The notes below the pieces were generated by a model. It was not told the origin of the DNA. It did no database searches and saw nothing but the letters and a program-made list of their open reading frames with translations. 64,000 bases of DNA, from positions 5,343 through 69,342 of the forward strand of contig JAYQOT010000003.1 in assembly GCA_038144955.1 (NCBI GenBank), in the 5' to 3' direction. This document shows, piece by piece, positions 25,569 through 35,524 of the stretch. Both the position numbers and the translations under genes were made by a program. How positions within the stretch are numbered: the stretch's first letter is position 1; the number at the start of each line of letters is the position of its first letter. This DNA is from Burkholderiales bacterium. Lineage in GTDB: Bacteria; Pseudomonadota; Gammaproteobacteria; Burkholderiales; SG8-41.

Positions 25569-26339
25569 ATGATGCGCTTCGCTTCGCTGGGTAGCGGCAG
25601 TGAAGGCAACGGGTTGGTGGTGGAGGCGGGCAGTACCCGGCTGCTGCTTGATTGCGGTTTCAGCATTGCGGAAACCGTGCGTCGGCTTGAGCGACTGGGA
25701 TTGCAGCCGGATATGCTCGATGCGGTTCTGGTTACACATGAGCATGAAGATCACGTCGGCGGTGTTTCAAGGTTTGCCTCGCGATACGATATTCCGGTGT
25801 ATTTGACGCATGGTACCCGTGCCGCGTCTCTCAATGGCAACGGTGACTTTGCCGATTCGGTTCTGATTGACAGTCATGACCAGTTTTCAGTCGGGGATAT
25901 CGAGATTTTCCCTTACCCGGTGCCCCATGATGCACGGGAGCCTACCCAGTTTGTTTTCAGTGACGGCCAGTCACGTCTGGGAGTGCTGACGGATGCCGGA
26001 TCATCGACCCCGCATATCGAGGAGATGCTGTCCGGACTGGATGGACTGGTAATCGAATGCAACCATGATCCTGCAATGCTGGCGAACAGCGCCTATCCGG
26101 AGCGGCTGAAAGAGCGGATCGGCGGCCGGCTTGGCCATCTCGGCAACGCCCAGGCTGCACAGATCCTGTCCAGAATCGATACGCAACATTTGCAACACGT
26201 CATTGCCGCCCACTTGTCGCAGAAAAACAACCGACCGGAACTGGCTGCCGCGGCGCTGTCTGCTGCGCTGAATTGCACCCAGGACTGGATCGGCATAGCC
26301 TCCCAGGCCGAAGGTTTTGCCTGGCGTATGCTGGACTGA
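25569..26339 (+). CDS. MBL-fold metallo-hydrolase
   Basis: 256 aa with the THEHEDHVGG (HxHxDH) motif. Confidence 0.7.
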   Translation: MMRFASLGSGSEGNGLVVEAGSTRLLLDCGFSIAETVRRLERLGLQPDMLDAVLVTHEHEDHVGGVSRFASRYDIPVYLTHGTRAASLNGNGDFADSVLIDSHDQFSVGDIEIFPYPVPHDAREPTQFVFSDGQSRLGVLTDAGSSTPHIEEMLSGLDGLVIECNHDPAMLANSAYPERLKERIGGRLGHLGNAQAAQILSRIDTQHLQHVIAAHLSQKNNRPELAAAALSAALNCTQDWIGIASQAEGFAWRMLD

Positions 26340-26361
26340 CCGGAAATGTATTTGCCAAAAG

Positions 26362-26388
26362 AAAAAGCCGGCTTTCGCCGGCTTTTTC
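26362..26388. terminator. bidirectional rho-independent terminator
   Basis: AAAAAGCCGGC-TTTC-GCCGGCTTTTT lies between convergent genes. Confidence 0.65.
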
Positions 26389-26406
26389 AATGCTGCTGTT
26401 AAAGCC

Positions 26407-26688
26407 TTATTTCTTTACCGCATCTTTCGCGGCATCTTTTACGGCTTCCTTGGCTGCATCTTTTGCTGCATCCATCGCCTTGTCTTTTGCGGCGTCGGCG
26501 GCGGCAGGTGCATCAGCTTTCGGGGCATCTGCAGCAGGGGCGGCAGCATCAGCTTTCGGTGCATCGGCCGGGGCAGCGGCAGGTGCCGGAGCAGGCGCCG
26601 GAGCAGGTGCCGGAGCGGGGGCGGGTTTGTCGCCGCAGGCGGCCAGGCCGATTGACAACAGGGCGGCAATGAGGAGAGAGCGATTCAT
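26407..26688 (-). CDS. small Ala/Pro/Lys-rich low-complexity lipoprotein
   Basis: 93 aa with a signal peptide and lipobox (LSIGLAAC), then (AP)6, two ADAPKADA repeats and KDAAKDA-type repeats. Confidence 0.55.
   Translation of the reverse strand: MNRSLLIAALLSIGLAACGDKPAPAPAPAPAPAPAPAAAPADAPKADAAAPAADAPKADAPAAADAAKDKAMDAAKDAAKEAVKDAAKDAVKK
26582..26617. repeat. 12-bp tandem repeat x3 inside the lipoprotein gene
   Basis: GGTGCCGGAGCA / GGCGCCGGAGCA / GGTGCCGGAGCG, encoding the (AP)n tract on the minus strand. Confidence 0.8.
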
Positions 26689-26833
26689 GATGTAACTGTC
26701 CTTCGAAGATGGTTGATATTTGGATGGCCGGATTTATCGTCACATGCGTGAAGACTGTGGGCACGCTAAACCCGTTACCGGCGCGCATGCTAACAGCGTA
26801 CGGATCAACTCAAGAGGGGCGTGCTACAAACCG

Positions 26834-27334
26834 TCACAATCCCGTGACGTTGGTGGCCAGAGGCGGGCCCGCGCAATCCTCAATTTCACTGAAGCGATCG
26901 ACCAGTTGCTGGGCGCCTGTGGCATCGTGGGTGCCCTGTGCCGCGCGCATGTGATCATAGTGGAAGCGGTGCACATAATGGCTGCCGTCAAAAACCACAA
27001 ACGGATCGTAGACATGCTTGGCGCCGCGCAGAGTTTCCCGGACACGGCAGGCATGGCTGAACTGTTGTGCAAAGCCGATGAACCGTGAGAATTCGGCAGC
27101 CAGCGGGCGGGTTTCATGCAGAATGATCAATACCCGATTGGTGCGATTGGCAAGCAAAAACTGCCGCAGCAGTTCGATGCGCGCCGGAGAGTTCCATTCC
27201 CGACTCAAGGTTTTGTCAAAAACGCGGATGATCTGCTGCGTCAGCGGGATCATCCCGTTTATGATCTGTTCATATTCGTTGTTGCTTTCGAACCGCCGGT
27301 ATTCGGCATTAGGCGGATTGCCGGTCATATCCAT
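26834..27334 (-). CDS. hypothetical protein (166 aa), probably co-transcribed with the upstream cupin/JmjC gene
   Basis: ORF begins 17 nt after the stop of the 27351..28481 gene. I recognise no motif. Confidence 0.5.
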   Translation of the reverse strand: MDMTGNPPNAEYRRFESNNEYEQIINGMIPLTQQIIRVFDKTLSREWNSPARIELLRQFLLANRTNRVLIILHETRPLAAEFSRFIGFAQQFSHACRVRETLRGAKHVYDPFVVFDGSHYVHRFHYDHMRAAQGTHDATGAQQLVDRFSEIEDCAGPPLATNVTGL

Positions 27335-27350
27335 CAGCGGACCTCATTGT

Positions 27351-28481
27351 TCAAGGGGCGTACGCCCCGGGGTGCAGATAGCCGGCCCGGTACCAGTCGT
27401 ACAGGGTATTCAGCGCGGCAGCGGACAAAGTACGGATGCCGGTCAGTATTCTGCGATCGGCAAGTCGCTGGAGGAGAGTGGTGCAACCGGCGGGAGGCTG
27501 CAGGCGGTTACCGTTGATATAAAAGGCGCGGTTGTCGTAAAGCAGTATGGATTTCGGGTCGAGACGCAGACCGTGCATATTGACTGCACGTTTGAAAGCG
27601 CTGCGCGATAACGACCGACGGGGTGCGGAAAACATGATGTGGGGTTTGGGCGTGCTCAGATCCGTGCCGATGAAATTCAGCATATCTGCACGCGACCAGC
27701 GGGCGTGACGGAGCAGGTTGAGCAGCTTACGGGTCATTTGGCTGTCGATGCGTGCGGGGCGGTGCGTTGCACGGAGTTGCGGATCGACATAATGCTCCCG
27801 AACATCAAGATGATCGGCAAGGAAGTCGAAAAAACGATTGCAAAGATCTTGTGCGGAAGGAGCGCGGAATCCGACTGAGTAGGTGATGCAGGGGGTTACG
27901 GCGACGCCGTCATGTGCCCAACGTGGCGGCAGGTAAAGCATGTCTCCTGGATCCAATGTCCATTCGTCCATTGCACGGAAATTGCGCAGGATTTTCAGTG
28001 GTGCATTTTCAACCAGGCTCAGGTCGCGTTGATTGCTGATCCGCCAGTTTCGCTTGCCCTCGCCCTGGACCAGAAATACGTCATAGCTGTCGAAATGGGG
28101 GCCGACGCCGCCTCCGGGTGGTGCGTAGCTCACCATCAAATCGTCGAGGCGGGCATAGGGAATGAAAGAAAAAGGTGCCAGCAGTTCCCCGGCCTGGGGA
28201 TGCACAAGGTTGACGCCCTGTACCAGCAACGTCCAGTTGCGCCGCGGCAGCCTGCTGAAGTCATTCTTGCGGAATGGCCCGTGAGAAACCTGCCATTGTT
28301 TGCCTTTTCGCAATATCAACCGCGCCTCGGTTTCAGGATATTGCGCGAGTTCGAGCAAGTCGCTGGGTGTCAGTGCACTGGCAGCAGATGGCAGGGCAAG
28401 GCGAGACAACAGGGGTGTTTTTTGCCAGTGTCGGCGCAGGAATTGAGCTGGCGCAAGGCTATTGAGCAGTTTATGGCGCAT
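27351..28481 (-). CDS. cupin/JmjC-domain ribosomal oxygenase (YcfD/RoxA-like, 50S protein L16 Arg hydroxylase family)
   Basis: 376 aa with FLRRHWQKTPLL start, the GGGVGPHFDSYDVFLVQGEGKRNWRI Fe(II) facial-triad region (HxD) and WAHDGVA. The overall YcfD layout includes a C-terminal winged-helix part. Confidence 0.7.
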   Translation of the reverse strand: MRHKLLNSLAPAQFLRRHWQKTPLLSRLALPSAASALTPSDLLELAQYPETEARLILRKGKQWQVSHGPFRKNDFSRLPRRNWTLLVQGVNLVHPQAGELLAPFSFIPYARLDDLMVSYAPPGGGVGPHFDSYDVFLVQGEGKRNWRISNQRDLSLVENAPLKILRNFRAMDEWTLDPGDMLYLPPRWAHDGVAVTPCITYSVGFRAPSAQDLCNRFFDFLADHLDVREHYVDPQLRATHRPARIDSQMTRKLLNLLRHARWSRADMLNFIGTDLSTPKPHIMFSAPRRSLSRSAFKRAVNMHGLRLDPKSILLYDNRAFYINGNRLQPPAGCTTLLQRLADRRILTGIRTLSAAALNTLYDWYRAGYLHPGAYAP

Positions 28482-28656
28482 TGCGCATGATTATAAGTTC
28501 AGTGCGCTTGACCCGGAGGCGCTTTCTTCACAGAATCCACAATGGAAACAGGAGTTGCTCCAGTGTCGCAGGACACGAATGCCGCGGCTCCCGTCTGGCG
28601 CGGGCTTGCAACCTTTTCCGTGCCCTGGAAAAGTAATTACTAATCGGAAAAAACTG

Positions 28657-29136
28657 ATGCAGATCGCAAAAAATACCGTTGTAACGCTGAATTTCGAGTT
28701 GATGGACGCACAGGGCAACTTGATCGAAAAAACAGAACAGCCCATGGCCTATTTGCATGGCGGGTATCACGGCATGTTTCCCCTCGTCGAACAGGCGCTG
28801 GATGGGAAGTCGGCCGGTGACACTTGCCGCGTACGTCTGGCACCGGGTGACGCCTTCGGGGAATACGATGCCGAGCTGGTGCATGTGGAGTCACGCAGCA
28901 AATTTCCTGCGGAAGTTGCGGTGGGTATGCAGTTTGAGGGCCGTGGTGAGCAGTCGGGACAGGCTACGGTCTATACGGTGACGGATGTTGCCGATGACAA
29001 GGTTGTAGTTGACGGCAATCATCCCCTGGCAGGGCAGACACTGGATTTTCAATGTACCGTGACCGAGGTACGGGCTGCGACCGGGGAGGAGCTCGAGCAT
29101 GGCCATGTGCATGGTCCGCACGGCCATCACCATTAA
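28657..29136 (+). CDS. slyD: FKBP-type peptidyl-prolyl isomerase SlyD with a His-rich tail
   Basis: MQIAKNTVVTLNFELMDAQGNLIE...HPLAGQTLDF...EHGHVHGPHGHHH. Start moved to ATG 28657. Confidence 0.85.
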   Translation: MQIAKNTVVTLNFELMDAQGNLIEKTEQPMAYLHGGYHGMFPLVEQALDGKSAGDTCRVRLAPGDAFGEYDAELVHVESRSKFPAEVAVGMQFEGRGEQSGQATVYTVTDVADDKVVVDGNHPLAGQTLDFQCTVTEVRAATGEELEHGHVHGPHGHHH

Positions 29137-29157
29137 AATAAATTAAAACCGATACCC

Positions 29158-31737
29158 TTATTCTTCCGGGTCTTTACCGGCCATTTCGTGCAGCCGGTAC
29201 AGAAGAGCGAGTGCATCGCGTGGTGTCAGCGCGTCCGGATCGCAGTCGCGTAGGGCATCCACCGCAGGGTTAGGTTCGGCGGCGGGTGGGGCTGCGGCAG
29301 CGGACCCCGGACTGAACAAATCCCCCTGCGGAATCTGTGCCGCAGCCGCCGCTTCGAGCCCGGCGAGGTGCTTGCGGGCGCTGCGGATCACCGCCGATGG
29401 CACCCCCGCCAGCTTTGCCACCTGAAGACCATAGCTGCGACTCGCCGGTCCTTCTTCAACACTGTGCAGAAAGACTATGCTGTCCTTGTGTTCCACGGCA
29501 TCAAGGTGCACGTTTGCAACCTGTTTGTATTCGGCTGCAAGCTGTGTCAATTCGAAGTAATGAGTGGCGAACAGTGTATAGCTGCCATTGCGTTCTATCA
29601 GGTGGCGTGCGATTGCCCAGGCCAGCGCCAGGCCGTCGTAAGTCGAAGTTCCACGGCCGATTTCATCCATCAGGACCAGACTGCTGGACGTGGCATGGTG
29701 CAGGATAAAAGCGGCCTCCGTCATTTCCACCATGAACGTCGATCGTCCGCCAGCCAGATCATCGGCTGCGCCGATGCGGGTGAAAATCCGGTCCAGCGGA
29801 CCCAGCCGGGCACGGTTTGCAGGAACAAACGACCCGCAATGCGCAAGCAGGGCAATCAAGGCCGTCTGCCGCATATAGGTGGACTTTCCCCCCATGTTGG
29901 GTCCGGTGATCAGCAGCATGCGCCGCATGGCTGAGAGCTGCGTGTTATTGGCGATGAAAGGCTTGGTTTGTGCCTCGACTACCGGATGGCGTCCGCCGGT
30001 GATTTCGATAACCGGGTCTTCGACAAACTCCGGCATTGTCCAGTCGAGAGCAATTGCACGTTCGGCATAGGCGGCGAGCAGGTCGAGTTCGGCGAGGGCG
30101 TTTGCGGCAGCTTGCAGTGCCGGAACGTGCGGAGTCAGCTCTCCGAGCAATTGATCGTAGAGGAGTTTTTCCCTGGCAAGGGCGCGGTCCTGTGCGGACA
30201 GAGCCTTGTCCTCGAAGGTTTTCAGTTCCGGCGTGATGTAGCGCTCGGCATTTTTCAGGGTCTGCCGGCGGCGGTAATCGTCAGGTACCTTTTCCGATTG
30301 TGCCCTTGTGACTTCGATATAAAAACCGTGCACCCGGTTGTATTCCACCTTGAGCGTGGTGATGCCGGTGCGCGTCCGTTCGCGGATTTCCAGCTCGGAG
30401 AGAAAAGTACCGCAGTTTTCCTGGATGCCTCGCAATTCGTCGAGTTCAGCATCGTATCCATCGGCGATGACGCCACCTTCGCGTATCACCGCCGACGGCT
30501 CGGGTCTGATTGATGAGGTCAGCAGGGAGACCAGCGCTTCCTGTGGCGAAAGTGCTGTAGCGAGCTGTGCGAGTCGGCCATCTGCATCGGCGTTAATGGC
30601 GGTGAGCAGTTCGGGCAGCCTCCTCAGTGAATCCCGCAGCGATGACAGGTCGCGTGGTCGTGCAGTGGTTAGGGCGATGCGGGCCGTGATGCGTTCAATA
30701 TCGGCAAGGTGGCGCATGACATTGCGTACTGCCGTGCCGCGGCCATCATCAATCAATCGGGCTACTGCCTGGTGTAGCGCCTGTATCTGTTTCCTGTCGG
30801 TCAGCGGATGGTGCAGGGCATGACGCATGCGCCGGCTGCCCATGCCGGTTACGCAGGTATCAAGCAATGACAGCAGCGTCGGTGACTGTTCACCGCGTAT
30901 CGTTTCGGTCAGCTCGAGATTGCGCCTGGTCGACGGATCCATGCGCAACCAGGCACCCTCGGATTCGACAGTGAGCCCGGTAATATGGGAAAGATCCGTG
31001 CCCTGGGTCGATTTTGCGTAATCGAAAAGGGCGCCTGCGGCCGCTACCGCCATATCCATGTCTTTTGCACCATAACCGCTGAGATCATGGGTGCCGAACT
31101 GTGCACACAGCATTCGCAGTGCATTTTCCGCATCAAAGCGCCATAGCGGCAGGCGGCGGACGGCAAAACGCGCTTCATCGACCAGGTCTGAACCTTCTGC
31201 AACCAGTACTTCCGCGGGCTGCAGGCGTTCCAGTTCGGCAACGAGGTTTGCGGTCGATGTTTCCATCACGCAGAACCGTCCGGAAGAAAGTGATAGCCAT
31301 GCCAGCCCGAGTTGATTGCCGTTGCAGTAGGCTGACAGCAGCAGGTTTTCACTTTTTTCATCCAGCAGCGCCGATTCGGTCAGAGTGCCGGGCGTGACAA
31401 TGCGAACCACCTTGCGTTCGACCGGACCCTTGGAGGTGGCAGGGTCACCTATTTGCTCGCAGATCGCCGCTGATTCACCGAGCCTGACCAGCTTTGCAAG
31501 ATATTGGTCAACGGAATGGAATGGTACCCCGGCCATTTTGATCGGGGCTCCCGCGGATTCCCCGCGAGTGGTCAGCGTGATATCCAGCAGGCGCGATGCC
31601 CGTTCGGCATCGTCAAAAAAGAGTTCATAGAAGTCGCCCATCCGGTAGAGCACCAGCACGTCCGGATGTTCCGACTTGATGCGCAGATATTGCTGCATCA
31701 TCGGGGTGTGCGCGGACGTCGTCGCTGCGGATTTCAT
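29158..31737 (-). CDS. mutS: DNA mismatch repair protein MutS
   Basis: 859 aa with [16 protein letters not shown], Walker [14 protein letters not shown] and STFMVEM. Confidence 0.97.
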   Translation of the reverse strand: MKSAATTSAHTPMMQQYLRIKSEHPDVLVLYRMGDFYELFFDDAERASRLLDITLTTRGESAGAPIKMAGVPFHSVDQYLAKLVRLGESAAICEQIGDPATSKGPVERKVVRIVTPGTLTESALLDEKSENLLLSAYCNGNQLGLAWLSLSSGRFCVMETSTANLVAELERLQPAEVLVAEGSDLVDEARFAVRRLPLWRFDAENALRMLCAQFGTHDLSGYGAKDMDMAVAAAGALFDYAKSTQGTDLSHITGLTVESEGAWLRMDPSTRRNLELTETIRGEQSPTLLSLLDTCVTGMGSRRMRHALHHPLTDRKQIQALHQAVARLIDDGRGTAVRNVMRHLADIERITARIALTTARPRDLSSLRDSLRRLPELLTAINADADGRLAQLATALSPQEALVSLLTSSIRPEPSAVIREGGVIADGYDAELDELRGIQENCGTFLSELEIRERTRTGITTLKVEYNRVHGFYIEVTRAQSEKVPDDYRRRQTLKNAERYITPELKTFEDKALSAQDRALAREKLLYDQLLGELTPHVPALQAAANALAELDLLAAYAERAIALDWTMPEFVEDPVIEITGGRHPVVEAQTKPFIANNTQLSAMRRMLLITGPNMGGKSTYMRQTALIALLAHCGSFVPANRARLGPLDRIFTRIGAADDLAGGRSTFMVEMTEAAFILHHATSSSLVLMDEIGRGTSTYDGLALAWAIARHLIERNGSYTLFATHYFELTQLAAEYKQVANVHLDAVEHKDSIVFLHSVEEGPASRSYGLQVAKLAGVPSAVIRSARKHLAGLEAAAAAQIPQGDLFSPGSAAAAPPAAEPNPAVDALRDCDPDALTPRDALALLYRLHEMAGKDPEE

Positions 31738-31867
31738 GCGCGTATTTTACGAGATGCCCGGGTGGCCGTGATACCGGGCTGCGTATCCGGCGCAGTCGCC
31801 GGATCGTACATGGAAATGGCGCGCCTTGTGCGCGCCATTTCGGTTTTGAAGGAGGCCTGGAGGCCCT

Positions 31868-32938
31868 TTAGGCGGCCTTGCTCCGGTTCTTTTCCAGCCA
31901 GCCATCCACCAGATTCACGGTCGTATCAACGACCGATGATTGCATGCCCTTCTGGGCGGCAATGGTCTTGACCAGGCGATCAACGCGTTCGATGTTTGGT
32001 GCGCCCGCCGCGAGTGCTCGGGCTGCCGACGACGGGCTGCCCAGCGACAGGGCAGCATTGGCGTATTTCTCGAACGGGACCAGGTCTTTTTCGTTGGCAC
32101 CCAGAGAAACGCACAATTTGACCACCCAGTTGTAGACAGTGCGCGTGGCATCGATATCACTGTGCACGGCATCCTTGATCGGCCGCATTTCGTTTTTTTG
32201 CACGCAGCGGTAGTTGCCGGCAATCAGCATGGCCCATTTCGCCAGTGGCACGAATACCGAGTCATGTACTTTGAGCTTGACCGGCAATTCGATTTTCTTG
32301 CCGTCGCCCGGATCGAAGCGTACGGCTTCGATGTCGGCTTCGAGCTGGCGCAGGATCGCGGTGTGAGCGTCGGAGTCAAAGCGTGCGGATTTGAAATTGG
32401 TCGGCAGCCGGACTTGAAGTACGTTGACTTTTTCTTCAGGGGGACGGAATGCCTGGGGGTCGGGACTGCACAGCGTCAGTGTTTTCGGGTCAAAGCTGTC
32501 CCATACTGATGCGTCGGTATAGCAGTCCCGGCAGCCATCGGCGTTCAGCCCGGGGATACGCTTCAGATAGGGCAGCGGCGGCATGTTCATGATCGACATG
32601 CACGGAACGCGGGATTTGGCCACTTTGTCGAGCAGTTCGCGGACTCCCGGGGAGCGATATTGTGGCTCCTGCATGGCAAGAACGATCAGATCATAGTCCG
32701 CGGGATTGGCTGAATCAGGGCCGCCTGCCGTAAGCTTTCCGGGCAGGTCGCGGGAACGGATTTCAACGAGACCCTCACGGCCCTTGATCGGCATGCGCAC
32801 GATCGCGCCTTCAGAATTGAACAGTTCGGCTTCAGCCGGCAGACAGATCATCTTGACGGTATGTCCGGCCAGCAGCAGTTTGGTTGCCAGCAACGAGCCA
32901 TAGGAGGCGCCCAGAATCAGGATCTTATACGTGCGCAT
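31868..32938 (-). CDS. putative NAD(P)-binding oxidoreductase (ketopantoate-reductase/ApbA-like N-terminus)
   Basis: N-terminal beta-alpha-beta KILILGASYGSLLATKLLLAGHTV; the remainder is unrecognised. Start moved to ATG 32938. Confidence 0.45.
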   Translation of the reverse strand: MRTYKILILGASYGSLLATKLLLAGHTVKMICLPAEAELFNSEGAIVRMPIKGREGLVEIRSRDLPGKLTAGGPDSANPADYDLIVLAMQEPQYRSPGVRELLDKVAKSRVPCMSIMNMPPLPYLKRIPGLNADGCRDCYTDASVWDSFDPKTLTLCSPDPQAFRPPEEKVNVLQVRLPTNFKSARFDSDAHTAILRQLEADIEAVRFDPGDGKKIELPVKLKVHDSVFVPLAKWAMLIAGNYRCVQKNEMRPIKDAVHSDIDATRTVYNWVVKLCVSLGANEKDLVPFEKYANAALSLGSPSSAARALAAGAPNIERVDRLVKTIAAQKGMQSSVVDTTVNLVDGWLEKNRSKAA

Positions 32939-33238
32939 TCTCGATACTTTCCTTTTGAAAAAATTGGAGACCGCCGGAAGCGGGAAGCAGCGGGGTCTAA
33001 GGATGTTGCAATCCCCGACAGCAAGCAGTACAGCGGCTATGTTAGTCAGTAAGCCGCTCTGGTGCAACGAGACATCACCAAGTGAAATCGCGTGGCGCAG
33101 GACATTGCGCACTGCAAAATCATGGTTAACTGATCAAGGTTCGATGGCTTGCCATTGGAGGCCGCAAAGATGCAGCAAAATTACGATTCTCGGGGGCTGT
33201 GGCATCGCATCGCAGCATGACAGCCAGTTTGAACAGGC

Positions 33239-34225
33239 TTATTGGATGACGCCCAGTTTGCCGCTGTGCGAACCCATGTACCAAAGCCGTCCGGCCCCAT
33301 CAACAATCATCTTTCGGATGCCGGAATTCGGGGTCGGCAGAGGAATGACCTGCATTTTCTCGGTTGCAGGATCCATACGGATTACTGCGTCGCTTCTGAT
33401 CTCGTTGGCCCAGACAACGCCGGATCCGTCCACCGTGACAGCATATGCTCCTGCTCCTTTGCCACCGGGCAAGTCATAGGTCTTGAGGATTTTCATCTCG
33501 ACGGGATCAATCTTGACCAGGGCGCCCTTGCCATAAAGAGTGACCCATAGCATGCCATCGGGTGCGGTTGCCATGCGCCGGGGGCGTGAACCTCGGCCGG
33601 TGTCGAGTTCCCTGATTGCACCACTCTCGGGTTCAAGCCTGCCGAGTTTGTCCTCGTTCATCCTGCACCACCAGACGTTGCCAGCGCGGTCGATCGTGAT
33701 GCCATAGGGACCGCCGGACGTGCTGTACTCAACTATTCTGCCGGTGGCGGTGTCGAGGCTGCCGATGCGGTCACCGCTTTGCATGGTGAACCAAAGAGTT
33801 GCACCATCTTCGCTGGAAACAATGGTGTGGGGACCTCCACCTCCTGAGGGTACCGTGAACTCTGTGGACATGCGCGATGCGGGTCTCAGTTTGCCGATCG
33901 TGCCGTTGCCGTTGCCGGTGGTCCAGACGGTACCGCGCTTGTCGACCAGCAAGCCATGGGGGTGATGGCCGCGGGGCATGTTCCACTCGGTGAATGTCTG
34001 TGTCCTGGGATTGAAACGTGTGACCTTGTTGCCGGTCATGACGGCAATGTAAATGCTGCCGTCCGGAGCGACTGCAGGGTCACGGGCGAACTCGGGGGAG
34101 GGTACGGACCATTCCCTGACTGTGCCGGCGTAATTCTGCGGAGTTCCGGGTGCGACCGTGTAATGCGAGCCACCGGCGTGAGCGATGACCGGCAGTATGA
34201 CGACAAGAAGTAGCAGTAGCCTCAC
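33239..34225 (-). CDS. secreted Vgb-family (virginiamycin B lyase-like) beta-propeller protein
   Basis: Signal peptide, then about six repeats of the G(P)xGIxxDxxGxlWft-type blade (for example GPYGITIDRAGNVWW, GPHTIVSSEDGATLWF, GAYAVTVDGSGVVWA). Confidence 0.6.
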   Translation of the reverse strand: MRLLLLLVVILPVIAHAGGSHYTVAPGTPQNYAGTVREWSVPSPEFARDPAVAPDGSIYIAVMTGNKVTRFNPRTQTFTEWNMPRGHHPHGLLVDKRGTVWTTGNGNGTIGKLRPASRMSTEFTVPSGGGGPHTIVSSEDGATLWFTMQSGDRIGSLDTATGRIVEYSTSGGPYGITIDRAGNVWWCRMNEDKLGRLEPESGAIRELDTGRGSRPRRMATAPDGMLWVTLYGKGALVKIDPVEMKILKTYDLPGGKGAGAYAVTVDGSGVVWANEIRSDAVIRMDPATEKMQVIPLPTPNSGIRKMIVDGAGRLWYMGSHSGKLGVIQ

Positions 34226-34456
34226 GGCGGGGAGTAGGGGTGAATGTCGAAATCAACTATATATGATTACGCGATTACCATGCTTTCTAATACAACGGTG
34301 GACGAAGAATGACAAGTGTGTGCGACCAGAATCGTCTTGCAGTCACGCAAATACAACGCCCGGAATGGCTCTTGCCGCTAACACTTCTGCAGAATTTCCT
34401 CACCAGCAAGGGTGAGCATCATTGCGGGGATGCAATTGGGAGGTGGCAGATGTTGT

Positions 34457-35404
34457 TCAGGAACTGACGATACGGTTGCGCAGCGTCATCGCCGGTTTTT
34501 CGAAAGCACATTCGACTACATCTCCGGGTTTCAGAAACAGCGCTTCCGCGTTGGCTTTGCCGACTGCAACTCCGCCCGGAGCGCCGGTGGAAAACATGTC
34601 GCCGGGTTGCAGGTCGAGCAGGCGTGAAAAATGCTCGATGATGTCCGGAAGTTTCCATATCTGGTCGCTGGTGTTGACCCGCATGCGTTGTTCGCCGTTG
34701 ACACTGCAGGTGACCCAGATGTCGTAAGGGTCCGGCACTTCGTCCATGGTGATGATGTAAGGTCCCAGCGGGCCGAAGGCAGGCGCATTCTTTGATGTCC
34801 AGAAGCGAGAGCCCGAGGCGACTTCGGCTTTCTGGGTGTCGCGGCAGGTCAGGTCGTTAAGTATGGTGATGCCGGCAATGTAGCTGAGAGCGTCTTCGCG
34901 CTTGGCGCCAAAGGCACGTTTGCCCAGTACGAAAACCAGTTCAGGTTCGTAATCGAGGCGGGAAACGGTGGCGGGGCGCGGAACTTCACTCTCATGCCCG
35001 GTGAGACACGAATTCAGCTTTACGAAGCCGGTGGGTTCACCGGGCATTTCCTTGATCAGGTCGTTTTTCCGCAGTTCTTCAAGGTGCGTGCGGTAGTTCT
35101 TGCCTACACAGAGAAATTTGTCTGCGTCGGGGACCGGCGGCAGATAGCAGACCTCGGTTACCGGTGCCAGTGTTTTCCCGTCGAGCGAAGCTGCGTTTTT
35201 TGTTGCATATCGTGTCACTTCCCTTGCCCGTGCAAGTCCGGTTTCACCCAGTGCGAGCAGTTTCTTCATTGAAGGGGGGATGATCCGTTTTCCGTCACCC
35301 ATGGCCTGTTCGCCAGCCACAAGATCAAGCATCTTTTGATCGAGCAGTGCGCCGATGCGCACGATTTCAGGGGTATTTTTGAGTGTGTAAGTGGCCAGGC
35401 GCAT
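34457..35404 (-). CDS. fumarylacetoacetate hydrolase (FAH) family protein
   Basis: 315 aa; the C-terminal half has the FAH fold (GKNY..H..E, EPELVFVLGK, ILNDLTCRD, GDMFSTGAPGGV). Confidence 0.85.
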   Translation of the reverse strand: MRLATYTLKNTPEIVRIGALLDQKMLDLVAGEQAMGDGKRIIPPSMKKLLALGETGLARAREVTRYATKNAASLDGKTLAPVTEVCYLPPVPDADKFLCVGKNYRTHLEELRKNDLIKEMPGEPTGFVKLNSCLTGHESEVPRPATVSRLDYEPELVFVLGKRAFGAKREDALSYIAGITILNDLTCRDTQKAEVASGSRFWTSKNAPAFGPLGPYIITMDEVPDPYDIWVTCSVNGEQRMRVNTSDQIWKLPDIIEHFSRLLDLQPGDMFSTGAPGGVAVGKANAEALFLKPGDVVECAFEKPAMTLRNRIVSS

Positions 35405-35413
35405 TGCTGAATC

Positions 35414-35446
35414 CTTTAAAAGAAACGGCGCGGGGAGCCGCGCCGT
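35414..35446 (-). terminator. rho-independent terminator after the LysR gene
   Basis: On the minus strand: ACGGCGCGG-CTCC-CCGCGCCGT followed by TTCTTTTAAAG. It ends about 10 nt before the FAH ribosome-binding site. Confidence 0.5.
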
Positions 35447-35524
35447 CCGTGGTTACGCGTGATAACCGGCATTTTAATATCCAGGAACGCCTTCCTTCCA
35501 GTTTCTGCGCTAGTTTGAGCGTGT

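Noticed and set aside
26440-26640. Possible CRISPR-like or mobile repeat array.
   Set aside because: The repeats are short (12-33 bp), contiguous and in-frame, and they encode low-complexity Ala/Pro peptide. There are no spacers and no cas genes.
26273-26695. 140-aa Ala-rich plus-strand ORF opposite the small lipoprotein gene.
   Set aside because: It starts inside the MBL-hydrolase gene and runs through the bidirectional terminator at 26362-26388. It has no RBS or signal features. The minus-strand frame has a signal peptide and lipobox.
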